From assembly GCA_964391595.1 (NCBI GenBank), contig CAYMMM010000001.1, forward strand, positions 4,708 to 68,707: a stretch of 64,000 bases of DNA, given 5' to 3'. The notes under the pieces are model-generated. The model was not told the DNA's origin. It was given only the letters and a program-made list of their open reading frames with translations, and ran no database searches. Shown in pieces: positions 46,463-54,438 of this stretch (position 1 is the stretch's first letter; each line of letters opens with the position of its first letter). The DNA is from an uncultured Candidatus Saccharibacteria bacterium. Lineage in GTDB: Bacteria; Patescibacteriota; Saccharimonadia; CAILAD01; GCA-016700035. The translations under genes and the position numbers were made by a program.

Positions 46463-48082
46463 TCACTCAACGGAGAGTTTCTTAGCCCCAACACGACTAA
46501 TAGTCTTCAGTGGTAGATATACGTAAAATGTTGTTCCCTCTTTTACCTTTGATGTAAACCAGATATTACCATTTCCCTGATCAATAATGGATTTTAGAAT
46601 GTAAAGACCCAAACCGGTTCCGTCTGTATCTTTGTCCCTTACATTGTCTGCACGAAACATTTTACTAAAAATTTTGTGTTGCTGATTTTTGGGAATACCA
46701 TAACCAGTATCACTAACAGAAATAAGTACCCCAGCTCCTGGCAGCTTAAAGTCGGCTACCTTGCTGCCCGACTTAGCGCGCGTAATTGTGAGTGCAATCT
46801 TGCCTTTAGGAGGAGTGTATTTCGAAGCATTGGACAAGAGGTTTTGGATAATCATCGAAAAGTACTGAGGATCAAATGTAATTTTCGGTAGGGTTTGTTC
46901 TAATTTTACATTTAGAGTTTGGTCATGCTTACTACAGATAAACTCCAGGTCTTTTACGGTATCCTTGATGCATCGGGCAATATTGAAGGGCTTGGAGTTG
47001 AAAGAAAACGTTCCCAACTCTAGCCTACTCACATTGAGAAGCGCATTGATAAGCTTGACCATGCGCTGGTTGGCATTATAGATTTCTTCGACATATTCTT
47101 TTTGCGCGGCAGAGAGATCACCTACATCTCCGTTCAGGAGCATCTCACTAAACCAATTGATTGCCGACAGTGGTGTGCGTAATTGATGTGAGGCTAGGGA
47201 CACAAACTCAGTTTTTGCTTTATCGATATCCTTCTCGATAGTGATGTCTCGCTCGGTACCGATAAAAAACTTAACTTCGTTTTTATCATTCAAGACCGGG
47301 GCTATTGTGGCTTGGGCGATATATTTCTGTCCGCTCTTACGAATGTTCGTAATTTCACCCGTAAAAAGTTTTTTCTCAACCTTAATGGTGTGCCAAAGCT
47401 TCCGATAGAAGGAACTTTCCATCAGTCCGCCCCATAGGGTGCCGGCCTTCGTGCCGATCATTTCTTTACTTGAGTAGCCCGTCATCTTCTCCGCAGCGGA
47501 ATTAGCATACAGAACTATCCCCTCGGCGTCTGTGATGATTATATGTTCGCCGCTGTTTTCGACAGCCAGGAAAAACTTTTGAGTTTCGAGGATTTGCCTC
47601 TTGTAGTTCTTCTGTTGAAGTTCTAGCTCTTCGAGAGAAGAAATGAGCTGCTCTTGTTGGATCTGACTCTTCTGCTCTTCGATTTTTTTGTGGGTGATGA
47701 GGATGCGAACAGACAAATATTTCTCTGGTTTCTTGTCTCGCCCCATGATTGGCACGATGGTAGTATCCACCCAATACAGTTTGCCAGTCTTTGATTTATT
47801 GAGTAGATCACCCCGCCAGGTCTGCCCACTACTGATAGTTTTCCATAAATCTTTATATACTTTTTGAGGCATGAGACCGGACTTGAGAATACGATGGTTC
47901 TGCCCAAGTAGCTCTTGCATGGTGTATTTTGATACTTCAGTAAACTTCGGATTCGTGTATATTATGTCGCCGTTTTTATCGGTTAACGAAATCATAGCCG
48001 CTTTGTTTACTGCTGTAAATAGTGCCTTATAGTCGAGTGTCTCGACAGGTTGGTTGTGCTTCAAATGCTTCCTACTTGGCAT
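46463..48082 (-). CDS. Cytoplasmic PAS-PAS sensor histidine kinase
   Basis: Two PAS/PAC domains, SHQLRTPL H-box, NLLSNA, DTGYGI, GTGLGL. Confidence 0.94.
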   Translation of the reverse strand: MPSRKHLKHNQPVETLDYKALFTAVNKAAMISLTDKNGDIIYTNPKFTEVSKYTMQELLGQNHRILKSGLMPQKVYKDLWKTISSGQTWRGDLLNKSKTGKLYWVDTTIVPIMGRDKKPEKYLSVRILITHKKIEEQKSQIQQEQLISSLEELELQQKNYKRQILETQKFFLAVENSGEHIIITDAEGIVLYANSAAEKMTGYSSKEMIGTKAGTLWGGLMESSFYRKLWHTIKVEKKLFTGEITNIRKSGQKYIAQATIAPVLNDKNEVKFFIGTERDITIEKDIDKAKTEFVSLASHQLRTPLSAINWFSEMLLNGDVGDLSAAQKEYVEEIYNANQRMVKLINALLNVSRLELGTFSFNSKPFNIARCIKDTVKDLEFICSKHDQTLNVKLEQTLPKITFDPQYFSMIIQNLLSNASKYTPPKGKIALTITRAKSGSKVADFKLPGAGVLISVSDTGYGIPKNQQHKIFSKMFRADNVRDKDTDGTGLGLYILKSIIDQGNGNIWFTSKVKEGTTFYVYLPLKTISRVGAKKLSVE

Positions 48083-48752
48083 ACCCGACGAAATCCTCTG
48101 TCATTATGCGGTTAACCTGAACGCCATGCTGGGTTAGTGAAGTTAGAACGGCGTGGACCATATCTGGGGGGCCTGCTACGTACCATGTCCTATCTTTTTC
48201 ACGTAATTCAGCAGGAGAGATATGGCCAATAGTATACTTGTCGGACACTTCATGTATAGAAATGATATCTTGCATAGATCGAAGTTCATCACTAAATACA
48301 GCGTGACTCTTCTCTCTATGAAAATAATATATGCTTGAGCTAGGGTGACCTTCTAGCTGTCCTCTCGTCTGCAGCATACTCATAAATGGTGTAATCCCTA
48401 TACCTCCAGCGATTATTGATACCGGCCCATGTGCTGCCAATACGAACACCCCCTTGGGTCCAGCCACATGTACTTCATCACCTTTTTTGCGGTTTGCGAT
48501 GTGTTGCTTAAATTTTGATTCACTCATCCTAAAGGCTATCGAAATTAGAGGCAACGTAATTGGTGATGAGCAGATTGAGAAGTCTCGAACATTTTCCCTA
48601 GAAGACTCGGCAGACAATTCAGGAAGTGTGAGCGTTATATATTGTCCAGGAGTAAATGTGAATCCATCTATCATCCTGATTGTAACGCACAGCGTATTCT
48701 TGGAAAGATAATCTAGTCGCTCGATTGTAGCGCTTGACGGCTGAGTGTTCAT
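48072..48752 (-). CDS. FNR-like FAD/NAD(P)H oxidoreductase
   Basis: FTPGQY, RDFSICSSP, GPKG, IAGGIGITPF, YVAGPPDM. Confidence 0.9.
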   Translation of the reverse strand: MNTQPSSATIERLDYLSKNTLCVTIRMIDGFTFTPGQYITLTLPELSAESSRENVRDFSICSSPITLPLISIAFRMSESKFKQHIANRKKGDEVHVAGPKGVFVLAAHGPVSIIAGGIGITPFMSMLQTRGQLEGHPSSSIYYFHREKSHAVFSDELRSMQDIISIHEVSDKYTIGHISPAELREKDRTWYVAGPPDMVHAVLTSLTQHGVQVNRIMTEDFVGYAK

Positions 48753-48804
48753 GCGTAGCTACTCAATCTCACTCGAGTAGAGCTCATTACTGCTACACAC
48801 TTCA

Positions 48805-49176
48805 TCATATGTTTCTTTCTACAACTTGGTCAAATTCGCGTAGCGAAATGTTAGCCTTCACTATAAACAATTTCGCGCCAAGTCTTTTACAGCGCTGTTT
48901 ATCTTCTTCTTGAGTTAGATTGGTCATGACAATCACTGGCGTATCTATGAGATTTTGCTGGACGTGACCAAGCACCGAAAAGCCATCTTCGATTGGCATA
49001 ATTATGTCGAGTAAGATGAGATCGTAGTGCTTTTTGTCTAAATATTTGTTGGCTTCTTTGCCATTTTCGGCGATAGTAACATCATAGCCATTTTTATGCA
49101 GGCGCAGCTTCATGGCCTTTGATAGGCTTTTTTCATCCTCAGCAATTAAAATGCTTTTTTTAGCTGATGTAATCAT
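48805..49176 (-). CDS. Stand-alone response regulator receiver
   Basis: AEDE, LLDIIMP, MTN, FIVKA. Confidence 0.9.
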   Translation of the reverse strand: MITSAKKSILIAEDEKSLSKAMKLRLHKNGYDVTIAENGKEANKYLDKKHYDLILLDIIMPIEDGFSVLGHVQQNLIDTPVIVMTNLTQEEDKQRCKRLGAKLFIVKANISLREFDQVVERNI

Positions 49177-49229
49177 AACTTTGTTATAACTCTGATCTAA
49201 ATAACTAAAAAAGTCAAATTCGGGCTACC

Positions 49230-50696
49230 TTAATGTTGCTGAGCTGAAGTTAGTACTGGCGCGCGACGCGTTTTTTTCGAGTACTCACCGAGCTGGAGAC
49301 CCTTCATGACTATAGGTAATAGCCAGTAGGTCATCACAATAATCCAAAAGCCAGAAAACAGTAAGATTGTAGACACCCCGTATTCTAAGAAGTTATACGC
49401 GAGCGCAACATAGCCGATACTTAGAAAAGCTATTTGTGGAAATACCAGGTGGGCTTCTCGCTTACCGTGATCTGTTTTTGGCGTCACTCGATAGCTCGGT
49501 TTCTTTGTTGCAAACAGCGCGAGTACGGCAGCTCGAGCATAGACAGGGAACAGCCCCGCCCATACCCGTGATGTTAGCTGCCCTCTACTCAGCCACCCGA
49601 AAAACATCAGTGTCGCAATTAGTGCTGGTAGGCGGAAGGCAATATACCAATACCCCCCGTTGTGGATCTGAATGTTTGTAAAGAGCGTATAAAAATTTAT
49701 TGTGTAAATACCCGTAAGAAAGAACGCGCTCACAAGATAGCAATAGCCTATCTCAAAATAATGCAGTCGCTGACGGAAGCTCAACCCCGACATAAAAATA
49801 GGACTCTGCCAATACATGATCCGTAAGGTGTCGAGTGCCCAAGTTCCCCGTTGCTTGTAAATAGCGCTAAGGTCCGTTGGGGCATGGCCGAGGACATATG
49901 GTTGACTGACGTAGACACTCTTATAGCCTTTAGTATGAAAGATATATGAGGTATGCAGATCTTCTACGAGGTTCCACTCGCTAAACCCTCCTATGGCATC
50001 GAGAGCCTTACGACGGTATATTACCCCCGAGCCACAGCTTATGGCGGCGTCGTTTGCATTCTTCCCTGTTTGCATATGGTTATAGAACATGTAGTCATGA
50101 TTAAAATCATTATCTTCTACAGTAAAGGACTGCCTGGATGCGACAAGCGCTACCTCTTTATCTTTGAAATGACCCAATAGGTCATCAAGAATATTTGGCT
50201 GCACAACATTATCTGCGTCAATCGTTAATACATAGGGGGATTTGGCAAAGCGCAACCCATAATTCATATTTGCCGACTTGTACCGCTTCTGTGCACGATC
50301 TGGTCTTGACAGATAGGTGAAGCCATATTTCTCGGCTAGCTTCTTTACCCCTGCCCTACCGCCATCATCCAGAACATACAGATATAGGCTAGGGTGTTGT
50401 ATCTGAGATGCGGCGCGCATACTTTCCTCGAGCATCTTTAATGGCTCGTCCACGGTGGGTATAAATACATCAACCGATGCACGCAGAGAATACTCGCCGC
50501 CCAAAAGAACAAACTTTCTTGACCAATGATTCACTAAAAAGAGTAACGAAACAATGTAGACTAATATTTCAAATGCATAAAATAGCCATCCTAATGCGCC
50601 TACAACATGAAAGAACAACCAAGCCAAATACGTAGTGTTTGCCAGGAACATAATGAGCCCAAGTCGCCTGGTTTTGTCGAGCCTCGAGTGCTTCAC
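49230..50696 (-). CDS. Cellulose synthase-like processive GT2 (BcsA-like, no PilZ)
   Basis: VDVFIPT.DEP, LDDG, KSANMN, IDAD, CGSG, VED, QRGTW, YRVTPK. Confidence 0.85.
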   Translation of the reverse strand: MKHSRLDKTRRLGLIMFLANTTYLAWLFFHVVGALGWLFYAFEILVYIVSLLFLVNHWSRKFVLLGGEYSLRASVDVFIPTVDEPLKMLEESMRAASQIQHPSLYLYVLDDGGRAGVKKLAEKYGFTYLSRPDRAQKRYKSANMNYGLRFAKSPYVLTIDADNVVQPNILDDLLGHFKDKEVALVASRQSFTVEDNDFNHDYMFYNHMQTGKNANDAAISCGSGVIYRRKALDAIGGFSEWNLVEDLHTSYIFHTKGYKSVYVSQPYVLGHAPTDLSAIYKQRGTWALDTLRIMYWQSPIFMSGLSFRQRLHYFEIGYCYLVSAFFLTGIYTINFYTLFTNIQIHNGGYWYIAFRLPALIATLMFFGWLSRGQLTSRVWAGLFPVYARAAVLALFATKKPSYRVTPKTDHGKREAHLVFPQIAFLSIGYVALAYNFLEYGVSTILLFSGFWIIVMTYWLLPIVMKGLQLGEYSKKTRRAPVLTSAQQH

Positions 50697-50735
50697 ACTT
50701 GCCGATCCTTTATTAACTAGTTACTATTAAAGCAG

Positions 50736-51116
50736 ATGCGAGACATAAGCAAAACCACTAAGTCCGTAATGGTTGTAGAAGACGAGCCTTCACTCCTGGA
50801 AGTGATCTCGAAGCGCATGAAGGCGGCAGGCTACCGAGTTATGGAAGCAAGGGATGGCCAAGAGGCTGTTTCTCTCGCAAAACACGACATGCCAAATGTG
50901 CTTATTACCGACGTTATTATGCCGAAGAAGAATGGCTTTGACCTCATACAAGAATTGACGCGCATAAACCCCGATCTCCCGGCTATTATCATTACAAATC
51001 TCGAGGGTGATCAGGATCGAGATACTGGCACGCAGCTAAAAGTGAAGCATTTCCTCATTAAGTCAAATATTTCACTCCGTGAGCTTGATCAAAAAGTCGC
51101 GGCACTCATGAAATAG
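50736..51116 (+). CDS. Stand-alone response regulator receiver
   Basis: VEDE, ITDVIMP, ITN, FLIKS. Confidence 0.9.
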   Translation: MRDISKTTKSVMVVEDEPSLLEVISKRMKAAGYRVMEARDGQEAVSLAKHDMPNVLITDVIMPKKNGFDLIQELTRINPDLPAIIITNLEGDQDRDTGTQLKVKHFLIKSNISLRELDQKVAALMK

Positions 51117-51140
51117 CGAGGCGTGGTTATTGTTAGTAGT

Positions 51141-51178
51141 AAAAAAATTGCCCGTCGTCGACTGACGAGGGGCTTTTT
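51141..51178. terminator. Bidirectional terminator
   Basis: A7...GCCCGTCGTC-GACT-GACGAGGGGC-T5 between convergent genes. Confidence 0.7.
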
Positions 51179-51184
51179 GACTCA

Positions 51185-51661
51185 CTAAGCAGCGATACCA
51201 TGCTGACTGAGGTAGTTGATAATCCGGCGAATATCGGCTTCATCTTTCTTACGGCCAATCGCCTGCTTCCAAGCTAGTATCCCCTCGGGAGTGAGTACTC
51301 GAATACCCTGGACGATACGTGACGATGGCTTAAGCTCTGTGAACGAAGCTCGATAAAGTGCGTCATTTGGCGGCAGCATGATGGTTATGTGGCCATTGAC
51401 CTCACGTTCACCATAGTCACCCACTACTTGTTCTAGATTCTTGAGTCGCGTTCCACGGCTTGTGGGGAGACCAATTTTACGAGCTTCATTGATGAGGCAG
51501 CCAGGTGTCACGATGATGTCATAGTCACTTATCTGAGGCTTGATGCCCCAGACCGCTAGGGCGGCCCCGCCGACCAGCATCGACTTTGTAGTCGGAAGAT
51601 CAAGTGCTCGTATGGGCGCCAATAGCGCGGTGAGCTGTGCAGCTTCGATTGGTGCTGGCAT
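51185..51661 (-). CDS. Nucleotidyltransferase-fold protein
   Basis: LVGGAALAVWG...DYDIIV and WK...GRKKD..D motifs; AGGAG SD. Confidence 0.7.
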   Translation of the reverse strand: MPAPIEAAQLTALLAPIRALDLPTTKSMLVGGAALAVWGIKPQISDYDIIVTPGCLINEARKIGLPTSRGTRLKNLEQVVGDYGEREVNGHITIMLPPNDALYRASFTELKPSSRIVQGIRVLTPEGILAWKQAIGRKKDEADIRRIINYLSQHGIAA

Positions 51662-51750
51662 TGTTACTCCTAGGTAGGTACTTCACAATTGAATATACCC
51701 ATCATACTCGGTGTGTATGACGCGAGAAAAGCATGAGGGCTTGAACACAT

Positions 51751-51805
51751 GTTGCTTTCGTCGCCGTTACGACTCATCAGCACAGCTTATACTCTGTGGA
51801 GCAAC
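51751..51805 (-). ncRNA. Type III hammerhead ribozyme
   Basis: GUUGC-UC^CACAG-aguauaag-CUGUG-CUGAUGA-GUCG-uaacgg-CGAC-GAAA-GCAAC: full core and three paired stems; cleavage predicted between 51799 and 51798. Confidence 0.9.
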
Positions 51806-51806
51806 G

Positions 51807-52520
51807 ACAAGCAGATCATGAGCTTCACCTCCCGAGAGGCGCACCGTGATGGTGGTCGTTGCCTCCCTGAAGGGATGTGTTGAGCCGGCGCTAGCGCTTG
51901 ATGCCCGCCTTGGCCAGCACGTCGGCGGGGACCCCCGCCTTGCGCCAGATGCCGTACTCGATGCCCTTGGAACTCGAGTAGGCGAGTCCGTGCAGGATGA
52001 ACGCTGCCTCCAGCTCCTCGAAGCCGTCGTCGGACTCGAGTTGCTTTAGCTCGACCTCGAGGTCGGACTGCTCCTGGATCAGGAGGACCTCCTGCAGCGC
52101 ATCGGCTTCGGGCAACATTTCGGCGATCTTGGCGAGACGTGCCTTGATCGAGTCGGGGGTGCGCTTGCGGCCCCGACTCGGCTTGTTCTTCCTGAGGGCG
52201 TCGAGGTACGCCTTCACGGCTCGGCCCTGGGCACGTCCGGCAGCGAGCGCGGCCTTGTGCTGGTCGGTCATCGTTCTGTGCGGGCGCGGCGAGTGTCGGG
52301 CGCTGTCCGCCCGAACTGCACCCCGCATGTTGCGAGGACGGGATTCCGTGTGAATGGGCATTGGGATGCTTTCTTCCACCCTTGAAGGAGCTATGCAGGA
52401 CTTCTGCCTCGGCTTGCACGGGTGTGCTGGGTGGAAAGCGTGATTCTGATGCAGCCCCATCACACATCGGCTCCTTGCAAAATCACCTTTTCCACCAAGC
52501 ACAGCTCATGATCTGCTTGT
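51807..52520. repeat. Perfect 18-bp inverted repeat (51807-51824 and 52503-52520)
   Basis: ACAAGCAGATCATGAGCT ... AGCTCATGATCTGCTTGT. Confidence 0.95.
51891..52361 (-). CDS. GC-rich small protein resembling a conserved Acidimicrobiia-type hypothetical protein
   Basis: HKAALAAGRAQGRAVKAYLDAL...KPSRGRKRTPDSI...WRKAGVPADVLAKAGI; family recalled, not searched; start 52361 or 52271. Confidence 0.75.
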   Translation of the reverse strand: MPIHTESRPRNMRGAVRADSARHSPRPHRTMTDQHKAALAAGRAQGRAVKAYLDALRKNKPSRGRKRTPDSIKARLAKIAEMLPEADALQEVLLIQEQSDLEVELKQLESDDGFEELEAAFILHGLAYSSSKGIEYGIWRKAGVPADVLAKAGIKR

Positions 52521-52636
52521 GAATATACGAATCTTCTTTTGTGAGAAAATCCGCATATATATTAGTATAATATTGTGAATTTGTCAATTAATTTCATTAT
52601 ACTAAGGACTATGGAAGGATTGCGCGAAGCGGTATA

Positions 52637-53392
52637 ATGATGAGCATTATGGTGTCGCCACCCCAGCCGCGAGCAAATCAGAGAACTCAGACAAGCAGTA
52701 CAGTGCCGCCTTCTCCCGTGCCGGCCGCTACACCACCAAAGTCCCCAGGACATAAATGGCTGCCGGTGGTATTGATCTTTGCAATTCCGCTGCTTGCACT
52801 TGCATATAAGTTGATCGACAGCACAGTACACTCCCCAGCAATTGTCTGGAAGCTGCAGCGATCGCAGGCAGAATCTAAGCAAGCACAGGCGAAGACTGAT
52901 GCCGAAAGCGCGCTTGCAAGCACAGTTAATCGGCTTAAGAGCGTAGCTGAGAACTATGAAGTTAATACACAAAATACTCAGCTCGAAGTCCTGGATGAGA
53001 AGTTTGTCGATCATGGTTGCCAAGCAATTACGATTACGGGTGGAAGTAAATTTAATGAGCATCCGATCGGACGCAATATGAAGTGCATCTACGTAGTCGC
53101 GCAAGCAGTGCGACTGAGCCCTTATACGACGAGCCTAGCTGACCTCGTCGACGTAGCAAATCAAGATCAATCTGACAAAATCGGTATAACGTTTGGAGAC
53201 TCACGTCCGCAGCTTGGTGTGAAAACATACACTTCGGATAGCGCTACATCTTCTCCCCTCGTTGGCTATGGCGCCGAATGGGAGTATATCTATAATCGTC
53301 AGTGGTCAAATATTCAGCTTGTCGGCGGAAGCGATACAAAAGTCGTCTACGCTGTCTCGACGTACTATATTTTCTTCGATCAGGATCTCTAA
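52637..53392 (+). CDS. Hypothetical membrane-anchored protein
   Basis: Pro-rich N-terminus, one TM, coiled segment. Confidence 0.6.
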   Translation: MMSIMVSPPQPRANQRTQTSSTVPPSPVPAATPPKSPGHKWLPVVLIFAIPLLALAYKLIDSTVHSPAIVWKLQRSQAESKQAQAKTDAESALASTVNRLKSVAENYEVNTQNTQLEVLDEKFVDHGCQAITITGGSKFNEHPIGRNMKCIYVVAQAVRLSPYTTSLADLVDVANQDQSDKIGITFGDSRPQLGVKTYTSDSATSSPLVGYGAEWEYIYNRQWSNIQLVGGSDTKVVYAVSTYYIFFDQDL

Positions 53393-53427
53393 GCGTGCCG
53401 GGCAATCGAACTGCGACTCAACATGGC

Positions 53428-54363
53428 ATGGAGCTACCGATCCGTGCACTGTTCTTGCCGTACGCGGTGTGCATACTCTCACTCCTGTTTCTACTGGTAC
53501 TTAAGGCGGTGCAGTTTGATTTTACACGTCTCCCCCAACAGCCAAGCGATATCGCGTTCCTGCTCATATTTCTGGAGCTGCCACATATCGTCGCCAGTCA
53601 TTTGATGCTGATTGATCGCGAGTACGGGGAGTTTTATTGGCCGAAATTAGCGGGGAGATATGCCATTGCTGCCGTGAGCTTGACCGGAATTTGGTACTTT
53701 CTCGGAGCAGCAAGCTTCTTTGCGGCGTATTTCATCTGGACTGTCTACCACGTTCTCAAGCAGCAAATTGGCATCGGTCGCATTATGAATCGTCAGCCGA
53801 ATCAACTGTATGAGCTGTGGGGCTACATCCTGATTGCTGGCTCACTGATCTTAGCGGCAGTTATCGGTTACTACAGAGTTGGGCTTGGCGGCTACGAAGG
53901 CTGGCTCAAACTAGTTTCGTATGTCTTCGCGTGCGTGATACTTGGCCTAGGCTTCATGGCGTCTCGACAGCTCAAGCAGCAGCTAGGTAAATGGTATGTC
54001 TTCGCGAATACTACAATGTATCTTAGTGTACTTGCTTGCTTTTTACTCGGAGCGCCGTTTTTTGTAATCTTCATTCCGCGTATCATCCATGACGCGACAG
54101 CGTATATGCTCTACATCAACCATGACATAAATCGCAATGCGCGCGTGCGCAAAAATATCATCTATCGCACAGCCTGGTTTGTCCCCGTGTGGGCTGCAAC
54201 GCTGCTTTTCTCAATCATGTTTGGTGGTCTCATAACCTTTGGTATCGTGCCCTTTGCCTTTCAGCTTAGTGTAACCGTGACTCTATCACACTATGTCCTT
54301 GAGTCAGTCGTATGGCGCGGCACGAGCATCCATCGGAAGTCTCTTCGACTCTCTTTTACTTAG
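53428..54363 (+). CDS. His-motif integral membrane protein
   Basis: ELPHIVASH, YHVLKQQIG, IHD...NHD..RN, HYVLE in a ~9-TM protein; start uncertain. Confidence 0.7.
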   Translation: MELPIRALFLPYAVCILSLLFLLVLKAVQFDFTRLPQQPSDIAFLLIFLELPHIVASHLMLIDREYGEFYWPKLAGRYAIAAVSLTGIWYFLGAASFFAAYFIWTVYHVLKQQIGIGRIMNRQPNQLYELWGYILIAGSLILAAVIGYYRVGLGGYEGWLKLVSYVFACVILGLGFMASRQLKQQLGKWYVFANTTMYLSVLACFLLGAPFFVIFIPRIIHDATAYMLYINHDINRNARVRKNIIYRTAWFVPVWAATLLFSIMFGGLITFGIVPFAFQLSVTVTLSHYVLESVVWRGTSIHRKSLRLSFT

Positions 54364-54438
54364 CTTTGTGGGTATGGTACTTGTTTTGCGACTCAGAGCA
54401 TAGAGCCAGACAAGCATAAGCTGTATAATGTAGAGGCT

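Noticed and set aside
51150-51178. CTGACGA as another hammerhead core
   Set aside because: No stem II plus GAAA; it is part of a terminator hairpin
51787-52467. Alternative 226-aa frame over the cargo gene, and many antisense shadow ORFs in the window
   Set aside because: No motifs; expected by-product of high GC and codon bias
51807-52520. Reading the 18-bp inverted repeats as IS/MITE ends or retron a1/a2 arms
   Set aside because: No target-site duplication, transposase or reverse transcriptase in the window; strand-specific G-U pairs and the hammerhead favour an RNA structure. A trans-acting enzyme elsewhere is not excluded
52503-52600. Second ribozyme at the 5' end that would allow circularisation
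   Set aside because: No hammerhead, twister or HDV core recognisable by eye; needs an Infernal scan
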